Source: Gemmatimonadota bacterium (lineage in GTDB: Bacteria > Gemmatimonadota > Gemmatimonadetes > Longimicrobiales > Gaopeijiaceae). From it: a stretch of DNA of 64,000 nt. This document shows positions 28,616-40,414 of the stretch, piece by piece (the stretch's first letter is position 1; each line of letters begins with the position of its first letter). Location of the stretch: contig JAXHMG010000003.1 of NCBI GenBank assembly GCA_034521595.1, positions 1,696,001 to 1,760,000 on the forward strand, in the 5' to 3' direction. The notes beneath the pieces were generated by a model. The model did not search any database. It was given only the letters and a program-made list of their open reading frames with translations, and was not told where the DNA came from. The translations under genes were made by a program, and so were the position numbers.

Positions 28616-30064
28616 GTGAGCCCAGACGCCCCCGAGCAATACGTCCATCCGCTGTCCGGGCGCTACGCCTCCCCGGAGATGCAGCGCATCTTTTCTCCAA
28701 CCCGACGGTTCGGAACCTGGCGACGCCTCTGGCTCGCGTTGGCGGAAACCGAAGCCGAGCTCGGCCTCGATATCTCCGACGAGGCGCTCGCACAGATGCG
28801 CGCGGCGCTCGATGCGCTCGACCTGGACGCCGCGGCGGAGTACGAACGGCGCTTCCGCCACGACGTGATGGCGCACGTGCACCTCTTCGGCGATGACGCG
28901 CCGGCGGCTCGCGGCATCATCCATCTGGGCGCCACGAGCGCCTTCATCGGCGACAACACCGACCTGATTCTCTCCCGCGCCGCCATGGAGCTGGTGCGCA
29001 CCCGCCTGGTGCGCTGCGTCTCGGCCCTCGCGGCGTTCGCCGGAGAGCACGCCCATCTACCGACGCTCGGCTACACCCATTTCCAGCCGGCGCAACCGAC
29101 CACCGTCGGCAAGCGGGCGACGCTGTGGATTCAGGACCTCCTCCTCGACATCGAGGAGCTCGACCACAGGATCGAGTCGCTCCGCTTTCGCGGGGTGCGG
29201 GGGACGACCGGCACGCAGGCGTCCTTTCTGGAGCTGTTCGGTGGCGACCACGAAAAGGTCGACCGGCTCGACGACGCCGTGGGCCGGCGAATGGGCTTTG
29301 AGCGAAGCTATCCCGTGAGCGGCCAGACCTACCCGCGGAAGGTGGATTTCGCGGTCCAGGCGTCGTTGGCCGGGGTCGCTGCCTCCGTATCCAAGATCGG
29401 GCACGACCTCCGACTGCTCGCGCACCGGCGCGAGGTGGAAGAGCCGTTCGAAGCCGAGCAGATCGGTTCGTCGGCCATGCCCTACAAGCGCAACCCCATG
29501 CGTGCGGAGCGGATCTGCGCGCTGACCCGGCACGTCATCGTACTCGCTCAGGATCCGGCGTTCACGGCCGCCACGCAGTGGCTGGAGCGAACGCTGGACG
29601 ACTCCGCCAACCGCCGCGTGTCGACGCCGGATGCGTTCCTCGCGCTCGACGGGGCCCTCGTGCTGTTGGAAAACGTGTCCAGCGGCTTGATCGTGAATCC
29701 GGAGGTCGTGCGCCGAAACCTGGCCGAGCACCTTCCATTCATGGCCACCGAGACGATCCTCATGCACGCGGTCCGCCGAGGCGGAGACCGCCAGGAGCTG
29801 CACGAGCGCATCCGCCAGCACTCGATGGCGGCCGCGAGCCGGATGAAGGAAGAAGGAGCCGACGCGGACCTGCTCGAACGGATCGCCGACGACGAAGCGT
29901 TCGGATTGTCGATCGGTGAGCTGGCGGAGCTGGTGGACCCGACCCGCTTCGTGGGACGCGCGCCCCAGCAGGTGACGCGCTTTCTGGAACGGGAAGTCGC
30001 GCCGGTCCTCGAGCGCCTTGGCGCCGATGCCGAAGCCGTCTCCGACCCCGAGATCCATGTCTGA
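28616..30064 (+). CDS. purB: Adenylosuccinate lyase
   Basis: RHDVMAH, IHLGATS, THFQPAQPTTVGKR, GSSAMPYKRNP. Confidence 0.96.
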   Translation: MSPDAPEQYVHPLSGRYASPEMQRIFSPTRRFGTWRRLWLALAETEAELGLDISDEALAQMRAALDALDLDAAAEYERRFRHDVMAHVHLFGDDAPAARGIIHLGATSAFIGDNTDLILSRAAMELVRTRLVRCVSALAAFAGEHAHLPTLGYTHFQPAQPTTVGKRATLWIQDLLLDIEELDHRIESLRFRGVRGTTGTQASFLELFGGDHEKVDRLDDAVGRRMGFERSYPVSGQTYPRKVDFAVQASLAGVAASVSKIGHDLRLLAHRREVEEPFEAEQIGSSAMPYKRNPMRAERICALTRHVIVLAQDPAFTAATQWLERTLDDSANRRVSTPDAFLALDGALVLLENVSSGLIVNPEVVRRNLAEHLPFMATETILMHAVRRGGDRQELHERIRQHSMAAASRMKEEGADADLLERIADDEAFGLSIGELAELVDPTRFVGRAPQQVTRFLEREVAPVLERLGADAEAVSDPEIHV

Positions 30065-31019
30065 GCCCACCCGCCGCCCCGACCCGCATCCCATGATTGA
30101 ATCCACGCTCGACCTCCCCCTGCTTCATCGGGGCAAGGTCCGCGACGTGTACGAAGTAGACGAGAACACACTGCTCATGGTGGCGAGCGACCGCGTCAGC
30201 GCCTTCGACGTGGTGATGCGTCAACCCATCCCCTACAAGGGTGAGGTGCTCACGCTGATCACTGCATGGTGGTTGGAGCAGCTCGAGCACGTCGTGCCGC
30301 ACCACCTCATCGCGGTGGATCCCGACCGGATCGTGGCCCGGCATCCCGATCTCGAAGCCACGCGCGGCGCCTGGAGCCGCCGCGCCATGCTCGTGCGTCG
30401 GACGGACCCGGTGCTCGTGGAGTGTGTGGTGCGCGGCTATATCGCGGGCTCGGCGTGGAAGGAATACCGTGAGGCGGGCACTCTCGCCGGTGAGCCACTC
30501 CCCGACGGGCTCCGGGAAAGCGAGCAGCTCGACGCTCCCATCTTCTCACCCGCGACCAAGGCCCAGGAGGGGCATGACGAGAACATCGCATTCGCCACGA
30601 TGTGCGATCTCATCGGGAGCGAGCCCGCGACCCACCTCCGGGACCTTTCACTGCGCATCTACGAGCACGGTCACGAAGTGGCCGGTGCCCGAGGCATCCT
30701 CCTCGCCGACACGAAACTGGAGTTCGGCCGCGACCCCTGGGGTCGGGTCTTGTTGATCGACGAGGTGCTCACGCCGGACTCGTCCCGCTTCTGGCCGAGC
30801 GAGCACTACGAGGTCGGTCGCGGCCAACCTTCGCTCGACAAGCAGCCCATTCGAGACTGGCTCGACGCGCTCCCGGATTGGGACAAGACGCCCCCCCCAC
30901 CCGACCTGCCGGAAGAGGTCGTGACCGCGGCGTCCAACCGATACCTGGAAGTATTCGAGCGGCTCGTCGGCGTGCCGTTGTCCGAGTACCGCATCCCCTC
31001 ATTCCACGAGGATCGATGA
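30057..31019 (+). CDS. purC: SAICAR synthase
   Basis: GKVRDVY, SDRVSAFD, ECVVRGY, DTKLEFG, DEVLTPDSSRFW; start 30057 or 30093. Confidence 0.96.
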   Translation: MSEPTRRPDPHPMIESTLDLPLLHRGKVRDVYEVDENTLLMVASDRVSAFDVVMRQPIPYKGEVLTLITAWWLEQLEHVVPHHLIAVDPDRIVARHPDLEATRGAWSRRAMLVRRTDPVLVECVVRGYIAGSAWKEYREAGTLAGEPLPDGLRESEQLDAPIFSPATKAQEGHDENIAFATMCDLIGSEPATHLRDLSLRIYEHGHEVAGARGILLADTKLEFGRDPWGRVLLIDEVLTPDSSRFWPSEHYEVGRGQPSLDKQPIRDWLDALPDWDKTPPPPDLPEEVVTAASNRYLEVFERLVGVPLSEYRIPSFHEDR

Positions 31020-31909
31020 CGCCGGGAAAGCCACGACGAGAGACGCTCCAGCGGGGCGTCATCATCCTTCCGTCCGCATTCACGCTGGGGAATCTCTTCT
31101 TCGGGATCTACGCTCTCGTCGCCGCGTCGCGGGGGGACTACGTATGGGCCGGCTGGTTTATCGTGTTCGCAGGCACGCTCGACATGCTCGACGGAAGCGT
31201 CGCACGCTTCACGCGCACCGGCTCGAAGTTCGGGGCCGAGCTCGATTCGCTGGTCGACGCAATCTCGTTCGGGGTGGCGCCCGGGTTCATCATGTACCGC
31301 CTCTTCTTCACCGACACCCAGTGGAGCTGGATCCTTTCGTTCGTTTACGTGACCGCGGTGGTGATACGCCTGGCCCGGTTCAACGTGGAGCAGGACGGGG
31401 AGGCAAAGCGCATCTTCCACGGACTCCCCTCCCCGGCCGCGGGCGTCACGATCGCGGCGTTCTATCCGTTCAGCCAAACCCCTTGGTTCGAGACCCAACT
31501 CTCGCATCTTCCATGGCAACAGATCATGGGCGTGGGCATGGTCCTGATCGGCGTGCTCATGGTGAGCCACGTTCCGTACGCCAAGGTTCCGAAGATCGGC
31601 CTCCGCTCGGCGCGGGGAATCTCCACGACCGTGCTCGTCCTCGGATCTCTATTCACGGCGCTCGCGGCGCCACGATATTTCTTTTTCGCGGCGGGTCTCC
31701 TCTACATCACGTGGGGCCTCGTCCGCTCGGTGCTCCTAGGGCTCCTCGATCGCCTCCCGGGCGGGGACCCACTCCTCGACACGGACGACGAGGATGAGGA
31801 CGGCAGTACTCGGGGGCGGAGCCTCGACTACGCGGATCTCGGTCCGGGTAGCCGAGGAAGAACAAACTACGAAGACGATTCCGACCCCGATCCGGAGGAT
31901 CGATTTTGA
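31016..31909 (+). CDS. pssA: CDP-diacylglycerol-serine O-phosphatidyltransferase (type II)
   Basis: [39 protein letters not shown]; acidic C-terminal tail; ATGA overlap with purC. Confidence 0.9.
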   Translation: MTPGKPRRETLQRGVIILPSAFTLGNLFFGIYALVAASRGDYVWAGWFIVFAGTLDMLDGSVARFTRTGSKFGAELDSLVDAISFGVAPGFIMYRLFFTDTQWSWILSFVYVTAVVIRLARFNVEQDGEAKRIFHGLPSPAAGVTIAAFYPFSQTPWFETQLSHLPWQQIMGVGMVLIGVLMVSHVPYAKVPKIGLRSARGISTTVLVLGSLFTALAAPRYFFFAAGLLYITWGLVRSVLLGLLDRLPGGDPLLDTDDEDEDGSTRGRSLDYADLGPGSRGRTNYEDDSDPDPEDRF

Positions 31910-32178
31910 GCCATTTTCGAGTGGAAGTCCTCGTCATCCCACGGCCCGGCCTCCTGGACCCGCAAGGGAAGGCGGTCCACCACGCCCTGCACTCCCTGGG
32001 ATGGAACGAGGTCGGCGACGTACGCATGGGCAAGGCCATTCACATCGACATCGAAGCCGAGTCGGAAGCGGAAGCGACCGAGCGGGTCGACGCCATGTGT
32101 CGCAAGCTCCTCGCGAACCCGGTCACGGAAGACTACGAGATCTCCGTGGTCGACACACTGGAGCCGACGGGCTCATGA
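31906..32178 (+). CDS. purS: FGAM synthase subunit PurS
   Basis: [23 protein letters not shown]. Confidence 0.95.
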   Translation: MSHFRVEVLVIPRPGLLDPQGKAVHHALHSLGWNEVGDVRMGKAIHIDIEAESEAEATERVDAMCRKLLANPVTEDYEISVVDTLEPTGS

Positions 32179-32873
32179 AGGTCGCGGTCGTGACGTTCCC
32201 GGGCTCCAACTGTGACCATGACCTCTACAAGGCCGTGCAGCAGGTCGACGGCGCGCCCTCCTTCGTGTGGCACGGGGACCGAGGGCTCGAGGGATACGAC
32301 GCCGTGCTGCTCCCCGGAGGGTTCTCCTACGGAGACTACCTGAGACCGGGCGCCATCGCGCGGATGAGCCCGATCATGGAAGACGTCGTCGCATTCGCCG
32401 AAGCGGGCGGCCCCGTCCTGGGGATCTGCAACGGGTTTCAAGTGCTGTGCGAAGCGGGACTGCTGCCCGGTGCGTTGGTCCGGAACACCGCCCTCCGCTT
32501 CCGAAGCTACGACGTGCTCGTGAAGGTCGAGCGGGCGGACACTGCCTTTACCACCGACTACACGGAAGGTCAGGTCTTGCGGATCCCCATCGCGCACGGA
32601 GACGGGAACTTCGAGGCCGACGAGGAGACCCTGGACCGGCTCGAAAGCGAACGGCGCGTGGTCTTCCGCTATACCGACGTGGAAGGCATACCGACGGAAG
32701 AGGCGAATCCGAACGGATCCCGCCACAACATCGCGGGCATCATGAACGAAGCCGGCAACGTCCTCGGCATGATGCCTCATCCAGAGCGTGCCATGGAGCC
32801 GGTGCTGGGCTCGACGGGCGGCGTGGCATTGTTCACGTCTCTGGTCGCGAGTCTCGAAGCACCGGCGGGCTGA
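32175..32873 (+). CDS. purQ: FGAM synthase glutaminase subunit PurQ
   Basis: [36 protein letters not shown] 32175. Confidence 0.96.
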   Translation: MKVAVVTFPGSNCDHDLYKAVQQVDGAPSFVWHGDRGLEGYDAVLLPGGFSYGDYLRPGAIARMSPIMEDVVAFAEAGGPVLGICNGFQVLCEAGLLPGALVRNTALRFRSYDVLVKVERADTAFTTDYTEGQVLRIPIAHGDGNFEADEETLDRLESERRVVFRYTDVEGIPTEEANPNGSRHNIAGIMNEAGNVLGMMPHPERAMEPVLGSTGGVALFTSLVASLEAPAG

Positions 32874-32929
32874 GCGGCTCGTTCCAACCGACATTCGACG
32901 GATCACTTCAAAGCAGGGGTAACGATACG

Positions 32930-35230
32930 GTGAGCACTGCCGACGGCGGCGCCACGGCGACACACGTTTCACCACGCGCGGGCGACCCCGAGGTCACGCC
33001 CGAGCTGGTGGCCGAGCACGGACTCACGGAGGACGAATACGAACGCGTCCGAAGTGTGATGGGACGTGCGCCGACCTTCACCGAGCTGGGTGTTTTCAGC
33101 GCCATGTGGTCGGAGCACTGTGGCTACAAGAACTCCAAGCGACTGCTCCGGCTCCTTCCGACGAAGGCGCCTTGGGTCATGCAGGGCCCCGGGGAGAATG
33201 CCGGCGTGATCGACGTGGGTGACGGATACGCGCTCGCGTTCAAGATCGAGTCACACAACCACCCCTCGGCGGTCGAGCCCTATCAGGGTGCGGCGACGGG
33301 CGTGGGAGGCATCCTTCGCGACATCTTCACCATGGGCGCGCGGCCCGTAGCAGTGCTCGATTCGCTCCGGTTCGGTGACCTCTCGTCGCCTCGTGTGCGC
33401 TACCTGTTCGAAGGTGTCGTGCGGGGCGTGGGTGACTATGGAAACTGTGTCGGCATTCCGAACATCGGAGGTGAAGTCAAGTTCGACCGCGGCTACACCG
33501 GCAACCCACTGGTGAACGCGATGTGCCTCGGCCTCATGAAGAAAGAGGAGCTCATCACCGCGTCGGCCTCCGGGGTGGGCAACACGCTGATGGCCGTGGG
33601 CGCTCGGACCGGGCGGGACGGGATCCACGGCGCCACGTTCGCGAGCGAGGAGCTGAGCGACGGCTCGGACGAAGCGAGCCGTCCCCGAGTCCAGGTCGGC
33701 GACCCGTTCACCGAGAAGCTCCTCCTGGAGGCCAGCCTCGAGCTCATCCACAGCGGAGCCATCGTCGGCATCCAGGACATGGGCGCTGCCGGCATCACGT
33801 CGTCGGCTTCCGAGATGGCCGGAAGGGCGGGCAGCGGCGTGGAGATCGACATGGCGCTCGTGCCCGTGCGTGAAGAGGGCATGACCCCCTACGAGATCCT
33901 GCTTTCGGAGTCACAGGAACGGATGCTCGTCGTGGCCGAGAAGGGCCGGGAGGACGAGGTCCGGCGAATCCTCGAGAAATGGGAGTTGGAAGCGGCGGTG
34001 ATCGGGAGCGTGACCGACGACGGACGATTCCGGGTGCTCGAGTCGGGCACGACGGTCGCCGACATCCCGGCCCTCCCGTTGACCGACGGTTGCCCGACCT
34101 ACGAGCGAGAAGGCGTCGAAGGAGACGAGGTCCAACGCCGCCGCGCCATGGATCTCTCGGAGCACCTGATCCCCGAAGGCGACCTGACGCCGAGCTTCCT
34201 CCTCCTCCTGGGCTCGGCCAACGTGGCTTCCCGGCGCTGGATCTACGACCAGTACGACACCACGGTGCGAACGAACACCGCCGTGCGGCCCGGCGGGGAC
34301 GCGGGCGTGGTTCGCATCCGAGGCACCCAGCGAGCCGTGGCGGCCACCACCGACTGTAACGGGCGCTTCGTCTACCTCCGGCCGCGGGTCGGTGCGATGA
34401 TCGCCGTCGCGGAAGCCGCCCGGAACCTCGTATGCGTCGGGGCGCTGCCGACGGCCATCACGAACAACCTGAACTTCGGCAACCCGTTGAAGCCCCACAT
34501 CTACTTCCAGCTTCGCGAGTCCGTGCTCGGCATGGCCGAAGCGTGCGCGCACTTCGAGACGCCGGTCACCGGTGGGAACGTATCGCTGTACAACGAGACC
34601 GACGGCCAGGCCATCTATCCCACCCCGGTCGTCGGGATGGTAGGAGTGGTGGACGATGTCGACAGGATCGTAGGACACGCGTTCCGCGAAGCCGGGGACG
34701 ACATCGTGCTCCTCGGCGAGAACGGGGGCGAGATGGGCGGCTCGGAGTACCTCTACGTCACCGCCGACCTCGTCGCGGGGGAACCGCCGAGTATCGATCT
34801 CGCCCAGGAGCGAGCGCTGCAGCAGGCCGTGCTCGGCCTCATCCGGCGCGAGCTCGTCCACTCGGCGCACGACTGCTCGGAAGGAGGGGTCGCGTGCGCG
34901 CTCGCGGAAGCGGCGCTGGGGAACGGGGACACGCCCCACGGAGCAGATATTCGTCTCGACGACGACCTCCGACCCGTCCAGGCCCTCTTCTCCGAATCCC
35001 AGGGCCGCATCGTGGTGTCGTGCGACCCGTCCCGGACTGAAGACGTCCTCCGCGAGGCGCAAGAGCACGGTGTGGCCGCTCGGCGCATCGGGCGCGTAAC
35101 CGACCAGGAATCGGGATTCCGGGTCGAGGTACGGGACGGCTCGATCGAGTGCCGGGTCGCCACCATGGCCGCAGCATTCTTCGACGCTCTTCCGGGTATC
35201 ATGGACACACGCCCCGCAGCCGGAGTCTGA
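32930..35230 (+). CDS. purL: FGAM synthase subunit PurL (small form)
   Basis: [47 protein letters not shown]; start re-assigned to GTG 32930. Confidence 0.96.
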   Translation: MSTADGGATATHVSPRAGDPEVTPELVAEHGLTEDEYERVRSVMGRAPTFTELGVFSAMWSEHCGYKNSKRLLRLLPTKAPWVMQGPGENAGVIDVGDGYALAFKIESHNHPSAVEPYQGAATGVGGILRDIFTMGARPVAVLDSLRFGDLSSPRVRYLFEGVVRGVGDYGNCVGIPNIGGEVKFDRGYTGNPLVNAMCLGLMKKEELITASASGVGNTLMAVGARTGRDGIHGATFASEELSDGSDEASRPRVQVGDPFTEKLLLEASLELIHSGAIVGIQDMGAAGITSSASEMAGRAGSGVEIDMALVPVREEGMTPYEILLSESQERMLVVAEKGREDEVRRILEKWELEAAVIGSVTDDGRFRVLESGTTVADIPALPLTDGCPTYEREGVEGDEVQRRRAMDLSEHLIPEGDLTPSFLLLLGSANVASRRWIYDQYDTTVRTNTAVRPGGDAGVVRIRGTQRAVAATTDCNGRFVYLRPRVGAMIAVAEAARNLVCVGALPTAITNNLNFGNPLKPHIYFQLRESVLGMAEACAHFETPVTGGNVSLYNETDGQAIYPTPVVGMVGVVDDVDRIVGHAFREAGDDIVLLGENGGEMGGSEYLYVTADLVAGEPPSIDLAQERALQQAVLGLIRRELVHSAHDCSEGGVACALAEAALGNGDTPHGADIRLDDDLRPVQALFSESQGRIVVSCDPSRTEDVLREAQEHGVAARRIGRVTDQESGFRVEVRDGSIECRVATMAAAFFDALPGIMDTRPAAGV

Positions 35231-35282
35231 AGTGGCCCTGCCAATGGTGTCTCGAGCGCCGACCGATATCCACCGCTCCGAC

Positions 35283-36693
35283 ATGGATGACCGCCCACGC
35301 GAAGAGTGTGGCGTGGTCGGCATCACCGGCGTCGATCGGGCCGCAGAGAAAGGCGTTTCTCGCGCTCTACGCCCTCCAGCATCGCGGACAGGAAGCCGCC
35401 GGCATCGTCTCCACCGACGGGTCGGAAAGCGCCCGCAGCCACAAGGGCGTCGGACTCGTCTCCGACGTGTTCGACGCGGCAGCACTCGAGCGGCTCCACG
35501 GCTCGACCGCCGTGGGACACGTTCGATATTCGACGGCCGGTGGAGGCGAGCTCGCGAACGTCCAACCCATCACAGCCCGTTATTCCCGCGGGAACCTGGC
35601 CCTCGCCCACAACGGGAACCTGACGAACCAGCTCGACCTTCGTGAACGCCTCGTCGACGAAGGTGCGATCTTTCGCTCGTCGTCCGACTCGGAGACGCTG
35701 GTACACCTCATCGCGAAGTCGCGCCGTGACACCATCGATGGCCATGTCGACGACGCCCTTTCCCAGCTCGAAGGAGCGTTTTCCGTCGTCATCTCGATCG
35801 GGGACTCGGTCTACGCCGCGCGTGACCCGCGCGGGTTCCGGCCGCTGGTCCTCGGCAAGCTGGAGGACGGCCATATCGCCACGAGCGAGACGTGCGCGCT
35901 CGACATTCTCGGCGCGGAGTACGTGCGGGACCTGAACCCCGGCGAAGTGATCCGGATGCGAGGGGGGCGCGTCGAGGAGCTCCGATCGCTTCCTCCGGCC
36001 GAGCCCTCCTCCCCATGTATCTTCGAGCTGGTCTACTTCGCCCGTCCCGATTCGCGCCTCTGGGGGGTGAGCGTGGACCGTGCCCGACGGGCGTTCGGAC
36101 GTCGTCTCGCCCGCGAGCATCCGGTCGACGCCGACGCGGTCATCGCGGTGCCGGACAGCGCGAACTCCGCGGCGCTCGGCTATGCGGAGGAAAGCGGTAT
36201 CCCCTTCGAGCTCGGACTCCTGCGCAATCACTACGTCGGTCGGACGTTCATCCAGCCCTCGCAGAAGGACCGGGATTTCGGGGCACGCATGAAATACAAC
36301 CCCGTGCGCGAGGTCCTCGAAGGCAAGCGGGTGGTCGTCGTGGATGACTCGCTCATTCGTGGCACGACGAGCCGAAGCCTGGTGCGGATGCTCCGGCAGG
36401 CCGGTGCATCGGAGGTGCACTTCCGCATCGGGAGTCCCCCCGTGCGCTGGCCCTGCTTCTACGGAATCGACATGCCCACGAGGGCGGAGCTAGTCGCGTC
36501 GAATCTCGATGTCGAAGCGATCGAACGAGAGCTGCGGGTCGACTCCCTGGGCTACCTATCCCTCGAAGGGATGCTCGCGTGCGTGCAGGACTCCGGATCG
36601 TTTTGTACGGCGTGCTTTTCCGGCGACTATCCCGCGGCGCTCGTGGACGTCGAGAAGGGCTTGGCCTCGCCGGAAGGACCAGGAGCCTGCTAG
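35283..36693 (+). pseudogene. purF: Amidophosphoribosyltransferase with an apparent 1-nt frameshift at 35349-35351 (true lesion or sequencing error)
   Basis: The frame from ATG 35283 gives MDDRPREECGVVGITGVDRAAEK. The continuation AFLALYALQHRGQE...GHVRYST...VDDSLIRGTT...CTACFSG lies in the +1 frame ending at 36693. Confidence 0.9.
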
Positions 36694-36740
36694 CAGCCCG
36701 TGGTAGAACAGCGCGCCCCGCATCGCCCGAGACGGCGTGG

Positions 36741-37757
36741 TCACCGTGCCGTCTCGAGGTCCTCCTGGAGATAGCGCTCGGCCATATCCACGAACTCGCT
36801 GGATCCGATGTACAGGGGCGTGCGCTGGTGGAGTGACTCGGGCTCGATGCCGAGAATGTCACGGCATCCGTCGCTCGCTCGCCCACCGGCCTGCTCCGCG
36901 ATCATGCTCATCGGTGAGCTCTCGTAGAGTAGACGCAGCTTCCCCTCGGGCTTCTCGCGGTCTCCGGGATACATGAAGATTCCTCCCTGGAGGAGCGTGC
37001 GGTGCAGGTCGGACACCAGCGAGCCGATGTAGCGTGAGCCGAATCCACCTTCGGTCTTCATGTAGTTGACCAGAGCCTGCTGCCCCTCCGTCCACCGGTG
37101 GTAGTAGGCCTCATTCACGGAGTAGACCTTTTTCGGCGGATCCGGAAATTCCATGAAAGGATGGCTGAGCAGGAACTCGCCGATCGAGGGGTCGAGGGTG
37201 AATCCGTGCACACCCGCCCCGCTCGTGTAGACCATCATCGTCGAGGAACCGTAGAGCACGTACCCCGCGGCGACTTGACGAGAGCCGGGCTGCAGACAGT
37301 CCTCGAGCGTGCCCCTCGAACCGGACGAGATCTTCCGGTGGATGCTGAAGATCGTCCCGATCGACACGTTCACATCGATGTTCGACGAACCGTCGAGCGG
37401 ATCGAAGATCACCACGTAGTCCCCCGCCGGAAACTTCTCCGGGATGGGGATGAACGTCTCGTTCTCCTCGGACGCCATGCACGCGACGAGCCCCGTGTGG
37501 TCGAGCGCACGATACATGACCTGGTTGGCGAACACATCCAGCTTCTGGACCTTCTCGCCGTGCACGTTCTCGTCCCCGGCCGCCCCGAGGATGTCGACGA
37601 TGCCCGCCTTGTTGACTTCTCGAGCGATCATCTTGGCGGCGAGCGCGATGTCGTGCAGAAGGTTCGTGAACTTCCCCGTGGCGTGCGGGTGCTTGCGCTC
37701 CTGTTCGACCAGGAAGCGCGAGATCGTGAACACGTGGCTGTCGGGCATCGAGGACAT
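36741..37757 (-). CDS. fbp: Fructose-1,6-bisphosphatase class 1
   Basis: [39 protein letters not shown]. Confidence 0.96.
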   Translation of the reverse strand: MSSMPDSHVFTISRFLVEQERKHPHATGKFTNLLHDIALAAKMIAREVNKAGIVDILGAAGDENVHGEKVQKLDVFANQVMYRALDHTGLVACMASEENETFIPIPEKFPAGDYVVIFDPLDGSSNIDVNVSIGTIFSIHRKISSGSRGTLEDCLQPGSRQVAAGYVLYGSSTMMVYTSGAGVHGFTLDPSIGEFLLSHPFMEFPDPPKKVYSVNEAYYHRWTEGQQALVNYMKTEGGFGSRYIGSLVSDLHRTLLQGGIFMYPGDREKPEGKLRLLYESSPMSMIAEQAGGRASDGCRDILGIEPESLHQRTPLYIGSSEFVDMAERYLQEDLETAR

Positions 37758-37792
37758 CGGGCTCCCGGGCTCGGAGATGGTGGAGGCTGACG

Positions 37793-37821
37793 ACGATACG
37801 GAGGCTCAGCGGGACGGTCAA
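37793..37821 (-). promoter_or_regulatory. Sigma70-type promoter for fbp
   Basis: Minus strand TTGACC-N17-TATCGT in the comEC-fbp gap. Confidence 0.65.
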
Positions 37822-37835
37822 CGGTCCGTCCGCCG

Positions 37836-40070
37836 TCATCGGCCGCCGTGGCTCAGCGTGAACCGTCCGTCAGGCCGACCGAGCACCGAGATGCTCCCAT
37901 CTCGGTCCGTACGCCGCACATCGATGGCGCGTGCGCGGAGTCGCTCCAACACCTCGGGAGCCGGATGTCCGTAGCGGTTGCTCCGACCGACGGAGATGAG
38001 CGCGAGCTCCGGTCGGATGCCGTCGAGGAGGGCGGGATCGGTCGACGTATCACTCCCGTGGTGACCGACCTTGAGCACCTCGATATCGGGTCCCAGGAGG
38101 GCCGCGAGTCTCCGTTCCACGGGCTTGTACGCATCTCCGGTGAGCAGGGCGTCGAACGCACCGTGTCGCACCATCAGTACGACGGATCCCTCGTTGGTCT
38201 CGACGCCGGCGGCACGCATGGAGTCGGTGGGACTCAGCACCTCGATCTCGACCCGCCCGAGCTCGAGCCGCGTGCCCGCCCGGGCGACGAGCCAGGGAAC
38301 GTCCCGTCGCGCCGCCATCTCGAGAACCTCCACGAACTCCTCTTTGCCCGCGGCGAGTCCGGGGTCGTAGACCGCGCCCACGGGAAACGACTGGAGCACC
38401 GCCTCCGCTCCGCCGATGTGATCGAGATCGGCGTGCGTGAGGATCATCGCGTCGAGGCTCCGGACACCTCGGGCTCGAAGCGCGCGAACGACCGGATGAC
38501 CACGCGGATCGGCGACCTCTGCCGGCCGACCCGCATCCACCAGGACCCACCGTCCCCCCGGGCTTCGAATGGCCGTTGCGTCTCCCTGACCGACATCGAT
38601 CGTCAGAAGCTCCGCCGTGCCGCGTCCCTGGATGGAGACCAGCACCGGCCAGGCGAGCACGCCCACGACGAAGTAGATCGACATCAACGCTCTCCGCGCC
38701 CCCACGCCGATCCAGGGTCGTCGAGCAACATGCGTGGCGACGGCGCCCCCCACGACCATGGCCACGACGGACCCGCGAGTGGCCCAAAGCGTGACCCAAG
38801 GCCGGCTTCCCACTTCCGTGGCCCCGCTCGCGAGCACGTCGAGGAGCGTCGACACCCCACCAGCCAGGAAGACAGCCAAGTCGTGGGAAAGGAAGTCGAT
38901 GGCGATGCTAGCGATCGCCCCCGGGAGGGCGAGCGCCACGATCGGTCCCGCGACGAGCGTCGCGGGAATGCCGACCAAGGAAACCTGTTCGAAATGCCAC
39001 GCGACGATCGGTAACGTGGCGAGCGTAGCGGCGGCGCTCGCGGCCACTCCGACGACCACCGGCTCGGGAACGCGCCCCTGGAATCTCTTCCGTAACGCCC
39101 GAGCCAGCGGGCCCGCCCAGGCCAGCAACCCGGCGGACCCCGCGAACGAGAGCTGGAATCCGGCGGACGCGACTCTCCCGGGATCGAGCGCGACCAGCAC
39201 GAGCAGTGCGGACGCGAGCGCGCCCCAGCGGGCCGGCGGTCGTCCGCGCGCGCGGGAGAGCGCCACGAAGGTCAGGATCAGAGCCGCGCGGGAGGCCGCA
39301 TCGGGGAATCCGATCAGTGCCACGTACGCCCATACGCCCAGCCCTGCGGCCAGACGCGCCGTGCGTGCTCGCAGTCCACTCGAGCGAAGCACGGCGAAGA
39401 GGAGCGCCGCGATGACGCCGACGTGAAAGCCCGAGATGGCGAGCAGGTGCGCCAAGCCCGACCTCGTGAAGTCCTCGCGAAGATCCCGGTCGAAGCCCTC
39501 CCGCCGTGCGAGGGTGAGCGCGGCCACGAACGGAGCCCGTGCGCCGTACAGACCTTCGATCCGGTCGAGAAGCCGGTCCCTCCACCGCACGGCCATCCAA
39601 CGCGGCCCCGCATCTTCCGCTCGGGGCACCGCACGCACGTCGTCGGCTTGAAACCAGAAGCTCCAACTTCCCTCCCGCCAGCGCCCCTCGACCTCCAACA
39701 TGCGGCCAGCGGGCGCTTCCGGAGCATCGACGACCATCGTGACAGGCTCGCACCCTCCGGTCCGCTCGAACGGCGCCGAGCCAGCGCGCGGCGAGGCGAG
39801 GAAACGGCCACGGACCACGGCGCGTTGGTCCGCTTCCGGTGCGGGACACCGTTGCTCCGAAGTGCTCACCCACGCGGCGAACGCGCCGGCGCAGAGGGGG
39901 AGGAGCCACAACCGGGATGGACCGGAGGGCCACGGCCATGCGCGCGTGGGCACCCCTGCGACGAACGCGGCCAGGAGCGGCAGCAGCCAGACAGGCACGC
40001 CGGTCATGACCCAGGCCACCCCGACGGTGAACGCCAGAGCCAGCCTCACTACGGGTGGCGCATGGCCCAT
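37836..40070 (-). CDS. comEC: DNA uptake channel ComEC/Rec2
   Basis: GLAHLLAISGFH, GFQLSF, and a metallo-beta-lactamase domain (DVGQGD, THADLDHIGG, KVGHHGS, NRYGHP). Confidence 0.93.
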   Translation of the reverse strand: MGHAPPVVRLALAFTVGVAWVMTGVPVWLLPLLAAFVAGVPTRAWPWPSGPSRLWLLPLCAGAFAAWVSTSEQRCPAPEADQRAVVRGRFLASPRAGSAPFERTGGCEPVTMVVDAPEAPAGRMLEVEGRWREGSWSFWFQADDVRAVPRAEDAGPRWMAVRWRDRLLDRIEGLYGARAPFVAALTLARREGFDRDLREDFTRSGLAHLLAISGFHVGVIAALLFAVLRSSGLRARTARLAAGLGVWAYVALIGFPDAASRAALILTFVALSRARGRPPARWGALASALLVLVALDPGRVASAGFQLSFAGSAGLLAWAGPLARALRKRFQGRVPEPVVVGVAASAAATLATLPIVAWHFEQVSLVGIPATLVAGPIVALALPGAIASIAIDFLSHDLAVFLAGGVSTLLDVLASGATEVGSRPWVTLWATRGSVVAMVVGGAVATHVARRPWIGVGARRALMSIYFVVGVLAWPVLVSIQGRGTAELLTIDVGQGDATAIRSPGGRWVLVDAGRPAEVADPRGHPVVRALRARGVRSLDAMILTHADLDHIGGAEAVLQSFPVGAVYDPGLAAGKEEFVEVLEMAARRDVPWLVARAGTRLELGRVEIEVLSPTDSMRAAGVETNEGSVVLMVRHGAFDALLTGDAYKPVERRLAALLGPDIEVLKVGHHGSDTSTDPALLDGIRPELALISVGRSNRYGHPAPEVLERLRARAIDVRRTDRDGSISVLGRPDGRFTLSHGGR

Positions 40071-40102
40071 CCGGGCTCAGCGCGTCCCGCCGTCCGTTGT
40101 CG

Positions 40103-40414
40103 TCAGTCCTCCTCCGTGTGCAAGAAGAGATCCTGCTGATCACGATCCACGAAGGTCTCCCGCTCCTCGCGGTCCTCGTCCATCAGCCGCGCCTTCAGGA
40201 TGCGCCGCACCTTCAAGTCGGAGCGGATGCCCGCCACCAACATCACGAGCATCCCCACGATCAAGCTTCCGAATGCCACCACGGTCAGCGGCACACCGTA
40301 GAACGTCGCGAACCCGAGCCTCAAGGTGACGCGCTGTCCGGAGTTGAGCGACGCGAACCCCATGGAGAGGATCAGGATCACCAGGACCCCGAGCGCGCTC
40401 AGCAACCGACTCAC
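40103..40414 (-). CDS. LapA-domain small membrane protein
   Basis: TM-N..QRVTL-TM pattern (FASLNSGQRVTLRL...VPL) with a basic/charged tail. Confidence 0.7.
   Translation of the reverse strand: MSRLLSALGVLVILILSMGFASLNSGQRVTLRLGFATFYGVPLTVVAFGSLIVGMLVMLVAGIRSDLKVRRILKARLMDEDREERETFVDRDQQDLFLHTEED

Noticed and set aside
30890-30900. Poly-C run in purC as a phase-variable tract
   Set aside because: It is in frame and encodes a Pro-rich stretch (KTPPPPDLP) normal for the PurC C-terminus.
32267-32929. Apparent N-terminal extension of PurL, or a PurQ-PurL fusion
   Set aside because: It is an alternate frame over purQ; purQ has its own stop at 32873.
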